From NCBI GenBank assembly GCA_041483195.1, contig JBGPFC010000011.1, forward strand, positions 39,211-103,210: a stretch of DNA of 64,000 bases. The letters are read 5' to 3'. The notes beneath the pieces are model-generated. The model worked only from the letters and a program-made list of their open reading frames with translations, was not told the origin of the DNA and did not search any database. Numbering within the stretch: position 1 is the stretch's first letter; each line of letters starts with the position of its first letter. The position numbers were made by a program, and so were the translations under genes. This document shows positions 9,256 to 17,442 of the stretch, piece after piece. The stretch is from Candidatus Eiseniibacteriota bacterium. Lineage in GTDB: Bacteria > Eisenbacteria > RBG-16-71-46.

Positions 9256-11370
9256 TCAGTTGGCCAGCAGGATCGTGCGAAGCGTGCGCACTTCGTCGCC
9301 GGCACGCAGACGATAGAAATACATACCCGTGTTGACCTTGTTGCCCTTGTCGTCCAGGCCCTTCCAGACCTTCTGGTAGGGACCGGCCGGCATCGAACCG
9401 CTCGCGAGCAGGGCCACGCGGCGACCCGCGATGTCGTACACGCCCAGCTGCACGTCGGCCGCCTTCGGAAGCGCGAAGGAAACCGTCATCGAGCGCGCCG
9501 GGTTCGGATACACCGAGAACGACAGCGTCGTCGGCGTCGAGCCGCCGACCCCCGCCGTGGCCGGGAACGTGATGTCCGCCGGACTGCGCGGGGCCACCCG
9601 GAAGCTGGGCGAGCTGGTGTTCGTCGTGTAGTGCACGACACCCACCACGTTGACATTCGAGCCGAGCGCCGGGTAGTTCACGTTGGCGGTGTCGTTCGCA
9701 CCCAGCACGGTGTTCACATTCTCGCAGAAGATCGTGTCGGGATAGTCGGGCGCCGGACCCGCGACGTGGAATCCGTTCGACGGGGGCGGGTTGAACCGCC
9801 GGACCGCCTTGACGTTCTTCAGCACGATCAGCTCCGAGAGGTAGTCACGCGCGTTGTGCATGACCTGACCCGCGTCGCAGGTGTCGCGGTTGGCGATCCC
9901 CACCAGAAGCGGAATCGGGGCGGGAACGCCGGGGTTGCCCACGTCCGTCACCTTGACGATCGCCGCGAATTCGTTCTCGCTGTAGAACTCCTCGTCGGCG
10001 CCGGAGATGACGTACTCGTGACCGAGTGTCAGCGCGACCGGCGGAGCGAACACCGTGATGCCGCGATGACCTCCCGGCGGGTCGAACGGCTCCGGATCCG
10101 GATTGGGATCTTCCATGTAGTACAGATTGCCATAGATGCCCACGACGATACCGGTGAACGTCGAGCGCGGGCCGAACCCTCCGTTGATGAACTGGCCGGA
10201 GGTGCCGGCGTATCTCGACTTGTCGCGGCAGGGCGACGCCGCGAGCGAATCGGGGTCGGGGGCGGACATCTCCCCGCACGTCAGCACGCCCGCGAGGAAA
10301 TTCGCGGACACCGGCGTGGTCATCATGATGCTGTTCGCCGTGCCGACGATACTGTCGGCCGTCACCGACTCCGGGTCACCGTGGGACAAGCCGGTGCTGC
10401 TGACGGTGAGGATGACCGCGCTGGCGCCATCCATCGCGGCTGCATCGACCGATCCGAACGAGGCCAGGGAGTAGTGGCCCGGGTTGGTCGCCGAGAGGGG
10501 AGTCACGTCGCGGTCGAAGACGACGCGGTACTGGTTGTCCGCGACGGCGTAACCGTCGGTGATGCCCGGCGGCTGGGCGTCGACGATGTCAGCGGCGCCA
10601 CGGGGCATGATGCGGAAACCGCGCGTGGCCGAGTTCCCGATGCCGGAGACGCTGGTCAGGATGGTGCCCACCGCGGGCGGCACCAGTGTGCTCAACTTGG
10701 CCTCGTCGATGAATACCGAGTCGCTCGGCGCGGCGTCGCGCACGACGAGCATGCCGTGGAACGAGAGACCCACCGTGCGTGCGACCCGAACCGGACCGTC
10801 GAGCTTCATGAGCGCGCCCACGTAAGGAGGGAACGTCGCGTTGGTCGGCAGTTCGACGAAGTCGGTCGTGTTGCCCTCGAAGAACGGCGGCAGCGCGTTG
10901 CCCGAATTCACCTTTCTGAGGATGATGTTCGGAGCGGAGAAGTTGTTGTTCGGAGCCTCGAGCTCGGGGTCGCCGGCGAAGATGGCGCAGCGCGCGTACT
11001 CGACCACCATCGAATCGCCGAGATTGAAACCGTACGGCGCGCGGAGATTCGTGCCGTGCGTGAAGACATCGATGCCGGTAAAGGGACCGCCGGCCGAATT
11101 CTGAATGTAGATGTCGAAGCCGGTCGGGTTCTCGTCGAAGCCGGTGATGATCCCGGAGACGCCCAGCACGGTATCGCCGATCGCGCCGCTGGGACCCGTC
11201 TGGGGGGCGCACGCCGCGACCGTGTTCATGGTCGATCTGACCTGGAAGATCGTCAGCGTGTCCGTACACGTTGCGCCCGGACCCGGAGGGTACTTATTGA
11301 AGGCGACCGCGGCATTGACCGTGGCCAGCATCATGGCGGCGCCAAGGAAAGTGGTAAACATCTTCTTCAT
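9256..11370 (-). CDS. Secreted multi-domain protein: duplicated OB-fold-like modules, central Ig-like domain, C-terminal FlgD-Ig/T9SS-type sorting domain
   Basis: Signal peptide MKKMFTTFLGAAMMLATVNAAVA; two repeats resembling nuclease-associated OB folds (VSGIITG...IYIQNSAGGPFTGIDVF / FTGIVVG...YYMEDP...GHRGITVF); C-terminal VYPNP...VYDIAGRRV...GMYFYRL. Confidence 0.75.
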   Translation of the reverse strand: MKKMFTTFLGAAMMLATVNAAVAFNKYPPGPGATCTDTLTIFQVRSTMNTVAACAPQTGPSGAIGDTVLGVSGIITGFDENPTGFDIYIQNSAGGPFTGIDVFTHGTNLRAPYGFNLGDSMVVEYARCAIFAGDPELEAPNNNFSAPNIILRKVNSGNALPPFFEGNTTDFVELPTNATFPPYVGALMKLDGPVRVARTVGLSFHGMLVVRDAAPSDSVFIDEAKLSTLVPPAVGTILTSVSGIGNSATRGFRIMPRGAADIVDAQPPGITDGYAVADNQYRVVFDRDVTPLSATNPGHYSLASFGSVDAAAMDGASAVILTVSSTGLSHGDPESVTADSIVGTANSIMMTTPVSANFLAGVLTCGEMSAPDPDSLAASPCRDKSRYAGTSGQFINGGFGPRSTFTGIVVGIYGNLYYMEDPNPDPEPFDPPGGHRGITVFAPPVALTLGHEYVISGADEEFYSENEFAAIVKVTDVGNPGVPAPIPLLVGIANRDTCDAGQVMHNARDYLSELIVLKNVKAVRRFNPPPSNGFHVAGPAPDYPDTIFCENVNTVLGANDTANVNYPALGSNVNVVGVVHYTTNTSSPSFRVAPRSPADITFPATAGVGGSTPTTLSFSVYPNPARSMTVSFALPKAADVQLGVYDIAGRRVALLASGSMPAGPYQKVWKGLDDKGNKVNTGMYFYRLRAGDEVRTLRTILLAN

Positions 11371-11686
11371 GGGGCACCCCTCGCTGAAGTAGGACCTTGT
11401 CGAGTACCGAAACCCGCGGGGTAAACTAGTCTGTTTAGCGTTGCCTCCCTGCGCGCGCGGCGCGTCACTTCGTGAAGTGAGACGGCGAATGAGTCGAATC
11501 GAGGTGAATCGCGCTTGCAAGACCGTGTAGAGGATACCGCCTCGGGGGCGGGCAGTCGAGCCAGAATGCCCGTGGCGTTCGCGTTACGGGCACGTGACGG
11601 CAGCCCGTCCCTCGAGGATCATCCCCGCGCCTCGCCGAGCCGGCCATCCCGACTGCCGAGATGGCGCGCCCCGCCCCCCTTTCGGG

Positions 11687-13144
11687 TCACGGCCGGGTGA
11701 GGCCCAGCAGCCCTAAGATCTTGAGCAGCACGATGCTGGCACGTTGGGGAAACCCGGCGGCCGGGACCGTCCCCGAGACCATCGGATACGTGTCCACGAT
11801 GAAGAGGCCGTTGTGCGCCTGCGGGACGGCGAGCGCGATGGCCATGTCGAACGGGTTGTCCTGTGACAGCGTGTGGGCCGGGGCGTACATCAGCACCTGA
11901 GAATTGTCCCTCGTCTGGAACGCCCGAAGCCCGGCGATGATCCGGCCGTTGTGCAGGCTGTCGGCGATCATCGGGCAACGCAGAGTGCCGCTGCCCGAAA
12001 GGCCCCAGGCTGCCGAAGAATCGGGCGAGAGCGGGAAGAGGAACGTTCCGTCGGAGTTGAGGTACTGGTTGACGAAGTCCGGCGCGAACGCGCCGTTCGT
12101 GCTCATGGCCGTTGTCAGGTTGAGCGACTCGAGGAACATGAGGCCCCCGTTGTCGAGATAGGGCCCGATGCCGGTGCCGAAGTTCGCCAGGACGCTCGAG
12201 ACGGACGTCTGTTCGCCCCGATACCACACCACGGCCTCGAAGAGACGGAACGTCTGCTCCATGTCCTTGGCCGAACGGAACGGCTGGCTGCGCTGCAGGT
12301 GGAGGATCGACCACTGGGTGCTGGGTACGCCGGCATTGGCAATCGCGTGGGAGTACAAGGTGTCCACGCGCGTCTTGGAGCCGTCCGTGGTCGGGACGTC
12401 GTCGATGAGAAGCAGCCGCGCCCGGGTGCCGGTCACGGGCTGGCGGACGTACCAGCGAACGCTGTCGATCCCACCCGCCATTCCGCCGTCGTCGATGCCC
12501 TGGATATAGAGCGTGCGCGGACCCGACTTGTAGACGCCGCCCTGGAGGAACAGGGCGCTGGGCACGGTCATGCTGGTGCCGCTCGCAATCGAGGGGTTCG
12601 CGGCGTTCCCATCCAGCCAGACCCGGCTGACGACCTTGGTCGGATCGCCGTCCGCGTCGGAGACGGTCCAGTCCACGGTCGCCGACGCGAACGTCGTGTC
12701 GGACCGGTCACCCGCGTTGGGCTTGTTGACGAGCTTCACGATCGGAGGGTTGTTGCGGAACTTGAACGACTGACGCGCCGGATTCGGATCGCGCACGCCG
12801 GCGTCATCGATCGCACGCACCTCGAACACGGCCTCGGTGAACCCGGTCGGCGTGAGGACGGTCACCACCATGTCGGTATTCGTCGTGAAGGCCCAGTTCG
12901 TATCCGCGGGGGCCGCCGGGTTGAGCAGGCGCACCTCGTATCCGACGATGTAGCCATGCGCGTCGGTGCCGAACCAGTAGAGGTGGACCACGTGATTCAC
13001 GGTGTCCACCGGGCCCTGGATGAAGATCGTGGTGTGCGGCGGCGTGTTCGGCCTCAGGATCGACTTGTGGCCGCAGCCGCTCAGGGCGAGTCCGCCCAGC
13101 GTCGCTCCGCCGGCGAGCAGGAGAATCGCGAGCACGCGGCGCAT
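11687..13144 (-). CDS. Hypothetical lipoprotein with FN3/Ig-like repeats
   Basis: Lipobox LSGC; repeated NxPP...W.G/SD.DG beta modules; starts 2 nt after the upstream stop. Confidence 0.7.
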   Translation of the reverse strand: MRRVLAILLLAGGATLGGLALSGCGHKSILRPNTPPHTTIFIQGPVDTVNHVVHLYWFGTDAHGYIVGYEVRLLNPAAPADTNWAFTTNTDMVVTVLTPTGFTEAVFEVRAIDDAGVRDPNPARQSFKFRNNPPIVKLVNKPNAGDRSDTTFASATVDWTVSDADGDPTKVVSRVWLDGNAANPSIASGTSMTVPSALFLQGGVYKSGPRTLYIQGIDDGGMAGGIDSVRWYVRQPVTGTRARLLLIDDVPTTDGSKTRVDTLYSHAIANAGVPSTQWSILHLQRSQPFRSAKDMEQTFRLFEAVVWYRGEQTSVSSVLANFGTGIGPYLDNGGLMFLESLNLTTAMSTNGAFAPDFVNQYLNSDGTFLFPLSPDSSAAWGLSGSGTLRCPMIADSLHNGRIIAGLRAFQTRDNSQVLMYAPAHTLSQDNPFDMAIALAVPQAHNGLFIVDTYPMVSGTVPAAGFPQRASIVLLKILGLLGLTRP

Positions 13145-13146
13145 GG

Positions 13147-15177
13147 TCAGAAGCTTTCCCGGTCAGACTTCACGAGCAGGAACTTGCCGGTCTGGCGCTT
13201 CCCGGTGCTCTTGTCCTCGACCGCCCACATGTAGAGGCCGGTCGCGGCCGCCTGGCCCTGACGGGTGATCATGTCCCAGCCGAACATGTTGCCAGAGAGG
13301 ACCGCTTTGAGATCGCTGCCGGGACGGTAGATGCCACGCGCGTTGCTCCCATCGTATGACCTGCCGTCGAAGTCCGTCGCATAGATGAGATCGCCCGACA
13401 GCGTGTAGATGTGGATCGTGCACCGCTGGGGGAGGTTGGCGAACCAGAGGTAGTGATCGCGCGCCTGTTGCCCCCGGTCCCACGCGGCCTCGACGACGTA
13501 TGGGTTGGGGAAGACCGTGATTCCGCCCCCTGCGATCTCGCCAGCGGCCGGGGCGGGCACCGATACCGTCTCGTTCTGAGAAATGCCGCTCTCGAGCGAC
13601 TCGATGTCCGGCGTGCCGATATCGTAGGCCGTCACGGATGAGAAGTACTTGAAGCCGTCGCGCAGGTTCTGGACGGTGTACTTGTAGTGGTACGTGACGC
13701 CATCGATGGTGACCGGCGGGCACAGCCTGAGCGTATCCGGCATGGAACGCGGCGGCGTCACCTGGCCGCAATCGGCCGGCCAGCTGTTGAACCCGGTCGA
13801 GTCGTGGGGTGGGACGACCTCGTCGATCTGGGCGACGAGGTCGAGCGTGTCCCGGCTCTGGCCAATGTACACGCGGTATCCCTCGAAGTCCTTCCCGATC
13901 GGGCTCGTCGGATCGACGAAGTCCTCCGGAGTATTGTCCCAGTAGTAGTCGAGCGCGTTCTTCCTCGCGACGACTTTCAGCCGGGGCGAAGGCGGAGGAA
14001 CCGGAACGATGTAGTCCAGATCGTAGGCGCGCTGGGCCACGATCGCCCGCCTGGAGAGCTCTTCGTAGGTGAGACCGCCGATGTAGGCGAAATCCACAGA
14101 GGCGCTGTCGCCCGAGAAGATCGTCGGGAATGGCCCCACGGCGAGCAACGACACGGGGTCGCCGGATCCCGGGGCCAGGGCGTCCGGAAGGGGGCTGAGG
14201 CTCTGCCTCTGTCCGGTCGCCATGACCTCGTACTTCAGGGTGTCGGTCGCGCGGGAGGGGTCGCCGGGGGCATAGTTCCACGCCGCCAGCGTGATCAGCT
14301 TGTCGGCCGGATCCCGCACGTTGCCCGGCTTGACTCCGAGCAGCTTCACGGCGGCGATCTCCGGGACGAGGTCGAATCGGCACTGCGCGGGGTACACCCG
14401 GCTCTGGCAGTAGCGCTCGGTCAGCATGCTCAGCGAGTCCACCCAGGTGATGAGCTTCTTCGAGAACCAGCCGGTGGGAGGCAGAGAGCTCTGAAGGCGC
14501 ATGTTGCCGCTGGCCAGCTCGTCGTACATGCCGAACCACACGTCTCGCAGGGGCGGTCCATTGTTGTGGATGACGTAGTGGAAGATCGTGAAGTGCGCAT
14601 AGTCCGAGAATGACCACTCGAAGTTGTACTGGTTCACGACCACGCCCAGCGGCCGGTGGTGCTTGCGTTGATCCGCCGGCAGATCGCTGTAGCTCGAGAT
14701 GAAATCCAGCTCGCTGACCGCGTCGGGATCGAAGAACCTGCTGTTGGGCAGCGTGGATCGCGCGCCGACGGAGGTCCCAGCTGGCGAGAACTCTCCGGAG
14801 CCAGCGCTGTTGCTGCCCGCCGATCCGTCTTCCGTGGCGGTCGAGACGCCGATGAACGCGCCGCTGTCGTCAGACGCGTAGGCGCCGATCCAGGGGCCGC
14901 CGCGCACCATGTGCATGTGGCTCGAGCCCAGCGGGTATTCGAACGACGGCGCGAACGTCGAGAAGTTGGTCCCGATGAAGCCGTAGTTGGTGAGCGTGAT
15001 GCCGATCTTGTTCCCGCTCATGACCCGGGCCGCGGGCTGGGTGGAATCCGATGACTGGTAGCTGCGCAGAATGGTGAATGGACCCGCCACCGCCGGGTGG
15101 TCCTCGGCGGCCCACGCCGCGGTCGCGAAGCATGCGGCCGCCGCCGCGGACAGGAACAGGAGACGGGATCGGATCAC
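13147..15177 (-). CDS. Secreted hypothetical protein with FN3-like region and T9SS-like C-terminal domain
   Basis: Signal peptide; KDFEGYRVY FN3-like segment; C-terminal VFPNPY...FANLPQRCTIHIYTLSGDLI...GLYMWAV...GKFLLVK; GTG start abuts the upstream stop. Confidence 0.75.
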   Translation of the reverse strand: MIRSRLLFLSAAAAACFATAAWAAEDHPAVAGPFTILRSYQSSDSTQPAARVMSGNKIGITLTNYGFIGTNFSTFAPSFEYPLGSSHMHMVRGGPWIGAYASDDSGAFIGVSTATEDGSAGSNSAGSGEFSPAGTSVGARSTLPNSRFFDPDAVSELDFISSYSDLPADQRKHHRPLGVVVNQYNFEWSFSDYAHFTIFHYVIHNNGPPLRDVWFGMYDELASGNMRLQSSLPPTGWFSKKLITWVDSLSMLTERYCQSRVYPAQCRFDLVPEIAAVKLLGVKPGNVRDPADKLITLAAWNYAPGDPSRATDTLKYEVMATGQRQSLSPLPDALAPGSGDPVSLLAVGPFPTIFSGDSASVDFAYIGGLTYEELSRRAIVAQRAYDLDYIVPVPPPSPRLKVVARKNALDYYWDNTPEDFVDPTSPIGKDFEGYRVYIGQSRDTLDLVAQIDEVVPPHDSTGFNSWPADCGQVTPPRSMPDTLRLCPPVTIDGVTYHYKYTVQNLRDGFKYFSSVTAYDIGTPDIESLESGISQNETVSVPAPAAGEIAGGGITVFPNPYVVEAAWDRGQQARDHYLWFANLPQRCTIHIYTLSGDLIYATDFDGRSYDGSNARGIYRPGSDLKAVLSGNMFGWDMITRQGQAAATGLYMWAVEDKSTGKRQTGKFLLVKSDRESF

Positions 15178-16356
15178 TTAGCGCCTCTGATAGCGAATCA
15201 CCTGCGCGCGGCCGATGTCGGCGACGTAGGCGAGCGAATTGTCGACGGCGAGAGCGATCGGATCGAGCAGGGGCAGGTTGTCCGCGTTCCGCTCCACGTT
15301 GACCTGTTGAATGTAGGTGCCGTAGGTGTCGTATCGGAGCACGCGCTGATTCCCGCGATCGACCACGTAGAGGTATCCGGCTTCGTCGACGGCGACCCCC
15401 TCGGGTCCGCTGAAGCTCGTCCCGGTCGGCGTCTCGCTGCCATCGACCTTGGTGAACCCGACCTCGAGATCGTTCGTCCCGATCAGCTTGGCCTTGTCGT
15501 TGTCGTGATCCGCGACGAATACCGCTCCCCCCAGCACCGGCGTCCACATGATGTGGTGCGGGTCTTCGACGGATGACGTGCCCCTGCCGTCCAGCACCAC
15601 CCAGGTGGTATCCCGGTGCCAGTTGGCGCCCGGCATGTTGCGATCGTTCGGGACGATGCCCGCGTAACGCGGGCCGCGGGTGTATCGATAGATGCGCGAG
15701 ATGAACTTGCGCGTGCGGATCCGCTGGTCGGTCGAGAGCGTATCGAGCACGACGGCGATCCCGGCGACGTAGACGTTGCCGGCGGCGTCCGCGGCGATCC
15801 CGTTCACCACGGAGAAGGTGGTGTCGGTGAAGGTCGACACCGTGTCGCCCCCCGTGATCGAGTACTCACGCACCCGCCAGGTCGCGGAGTAGTCCCAGAT
15901 GATCGAGGGCCTGCCGTTTCGCGCGTTGTCCGGTTCGCACGTGTTGCGCAGGGGGTCGAGCTTCGCCATGCACGAATCGCCCTCGTCGAGCACGAAGAGC
16001 CTGGTCTGCGCGGAGGCGATCGCGACCGGATTGAAGAGGGACCGGAGGGGATCGAAGATCGGTGACCCGATCGGAACGTTCACGGTGAACGGATAGAGCC
16101 GCACCTCCCCACGCGGGATCGACGGACCGAGCGAGCCACCGTGGTTGAAGAGCATGAAGAGCTGCGCCCCCTGGCCCTGCGTGATCAGGAGGTCGCGAAT
16201 CCCATCCATGTCCTTCCACGTCGAGAGGTGCTCGTAACTCTTCGCGGTCGGCACCACCGCCGCGAACTTGCGCTCGGTCGGCAGCTTGAACCGACCCCCG
16301 CACCCGGCGAGCAGGCCGGTGAGGATCGCGATCAGGAACAGCAGCGCCCGGCGCAT
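15178..16356 (-). CDS. NHL-repeat (beta-propeller) lipoprotein
   Basis: MRRALLFLIAILTGLLAGC lipobox; FNPVAIA, FSGPEGVAVDEAGYLYVVDRGNQRV and LDPIALAVD NHL-like repeats; TGATG overlap with the PorV-like stop. Confidence 0.8.
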   Translation of the reverse strand: MRRALLFLIAILTGLLAGCGGRFKLPTERKFAAVVPTAKSYEHLSTWKDMDGIRDLLITQGQGAQLFMLFNHGGSLGPSIPRGEVRLYPFTVNVPIGSPIFDPLRSLFNPVAIASAQTRLFVLDEGDSCMAKLDPLRNTCEPDNARNGRPSIIWDYSATWRVREYSITGGDTVSTFTDTTFSVVNGIAADAAGNVYVAGIAVVLDTLSTDQRIRTRKFISRIYRYTRGPRYAGIVPNDRNMPGANWHRDTTWVVLDGRGTSSVEDPHHIMWTPVLGGAVFVADHDNDKAKLIGTNDLEVGFTKVDGSETPTGTSFSGPEGVAVDEAGYLYVVDRGNQRVLRYDTYGTYIQQVNVERNADNLPLLDPIALAVDNSLAYVADIGRAQVIRYQRR

Positions 16357-17381
16357 CAGAACCTCACCCCCAGCGAGAGGCGATGGATGCCCCCGAGGAA
16401 ACCGCCATCCGTGTAGGCGTAGTCGAGCGCGCCGCGCAGGGAGGCGAAGTCCCCCGCGAACCCGGCGCCGGCGCTGAACTTCAGCTCGTCGGCGTTGACG
16501 TTGTAGCCCGCCCTCAGGGCGAAGGAGCGCAGATAGGACCACTCCATGCCCGCCTTGAGCTGCAGCTCGTTGTCCGCGGGCTGGTTCATCTCGATCGTCG
16601 TGGTGACGCGATTTGTCGAGTTCTCCACCGGCTCGAACGCGATGCCGTATCGGAAGTCCAGCGGCGGGTCGAACCCGTCGTACTGGCGCACCTCGCCCGA
16701 GAGCGGGGAAATGAATTGTCCGGACGGACGAAGTTCAGAGCCGAAGTTCGTGAGCGACGTCGCGATGCGAATGCTCCCGAGCCCCAGGTAGAAGATCGAG
16801 CCCATGTCGAAGAGCACCGCGCTGGTGCTCGGACCCCCGATCTGCGTTCCGAGGTCCTCGCGCAGGAACTTCACCCCCGCGCCCACCAGCAGCCTGTCGG
16901 TCCAGCGGCGGGCGAAGGCCACGCCCGCGACGAAGTCGGAGTACGTGAACTCGCGTCCCGTGCCGAACGGCTCGAGGGAGGTGGTCTCCTGGATCTTCGT
17001 GCTGAGAACGCCGAGCTGGAGTCCGATGGCTCCTCCCAGCTTGCGGGAGGGAAACACCAGCACCAGATGGTCGTAGTGGATGTCCGCCGGCCAGTCGACG
17101 TGCGACTCCAGGCCCTCGTTGCGCTGCATCGAAGCGAGTCCGGCCGGGTTCCAGTAGATCGCGCTCGGATCGTTCGCCACCGCGACGAACGTCTCCCCCA
17201 TGGCCTCGGCACGGGCGCCCACACCGATGCGCAGGAACGTTCCGGACGATGTGCCCGCGCGCTGTCCGCCGAGCGTGACCTGGGCGGAGGCTGGCGAGAC
17301 CGCGCCGGCGACCCACACCGCCCAGGCCGCGGCCGCCGCGAGCGCGAACCGGCCGCCGGCCCCGGGGCGTGAATGCGCCAC
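16356..17381 (-). CDS. PorV/PorQ-family outer-membrane beta-barrel (start codon uncertain)
   Basis: FLRIGVGARAEAMGETFVAVANDPSAIYWNPAGLA signature; ends HRLSLGVRF (C-terminal Phe). Confidence 0.88.
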   Translation of the reverse strand: MAHSRPGAGGRFALAAAAAWAVWVAGAVSPASAQVTLGGQRAGTSSGTFLRIGVGARAEAMGETFVAVANDPSAIYWNPAGLASMQRNEGLESHVDWPADIHYDHLVLVFPSRKLGGAIGLQLGVLSTKIQETTSLEPFGTGREFTYSDFVAGVAFARRWTDRLLVGAGVKFLREDLGTQIGGPSTSAVLFDMGSIFYLGLGSIRIATSLTNFGSELRPSGQFISPLSGEVRQYDGFDPPLDFRYGIAFEPVENSTNRVTTTIEMNQPADNELQLKAGMEWSYLRSFALRAGYNVNADELKFSAGAGFAGDFASLRGALDYAYTDGGFLGGIHRLSLGVRF

Positions 17382-17442
17382 GCCCAGCGCCGGATGCGTG
17401 GCTCCGCCATGACGCGCGCGATCGCGCCCGGTCCGGCGTCGG

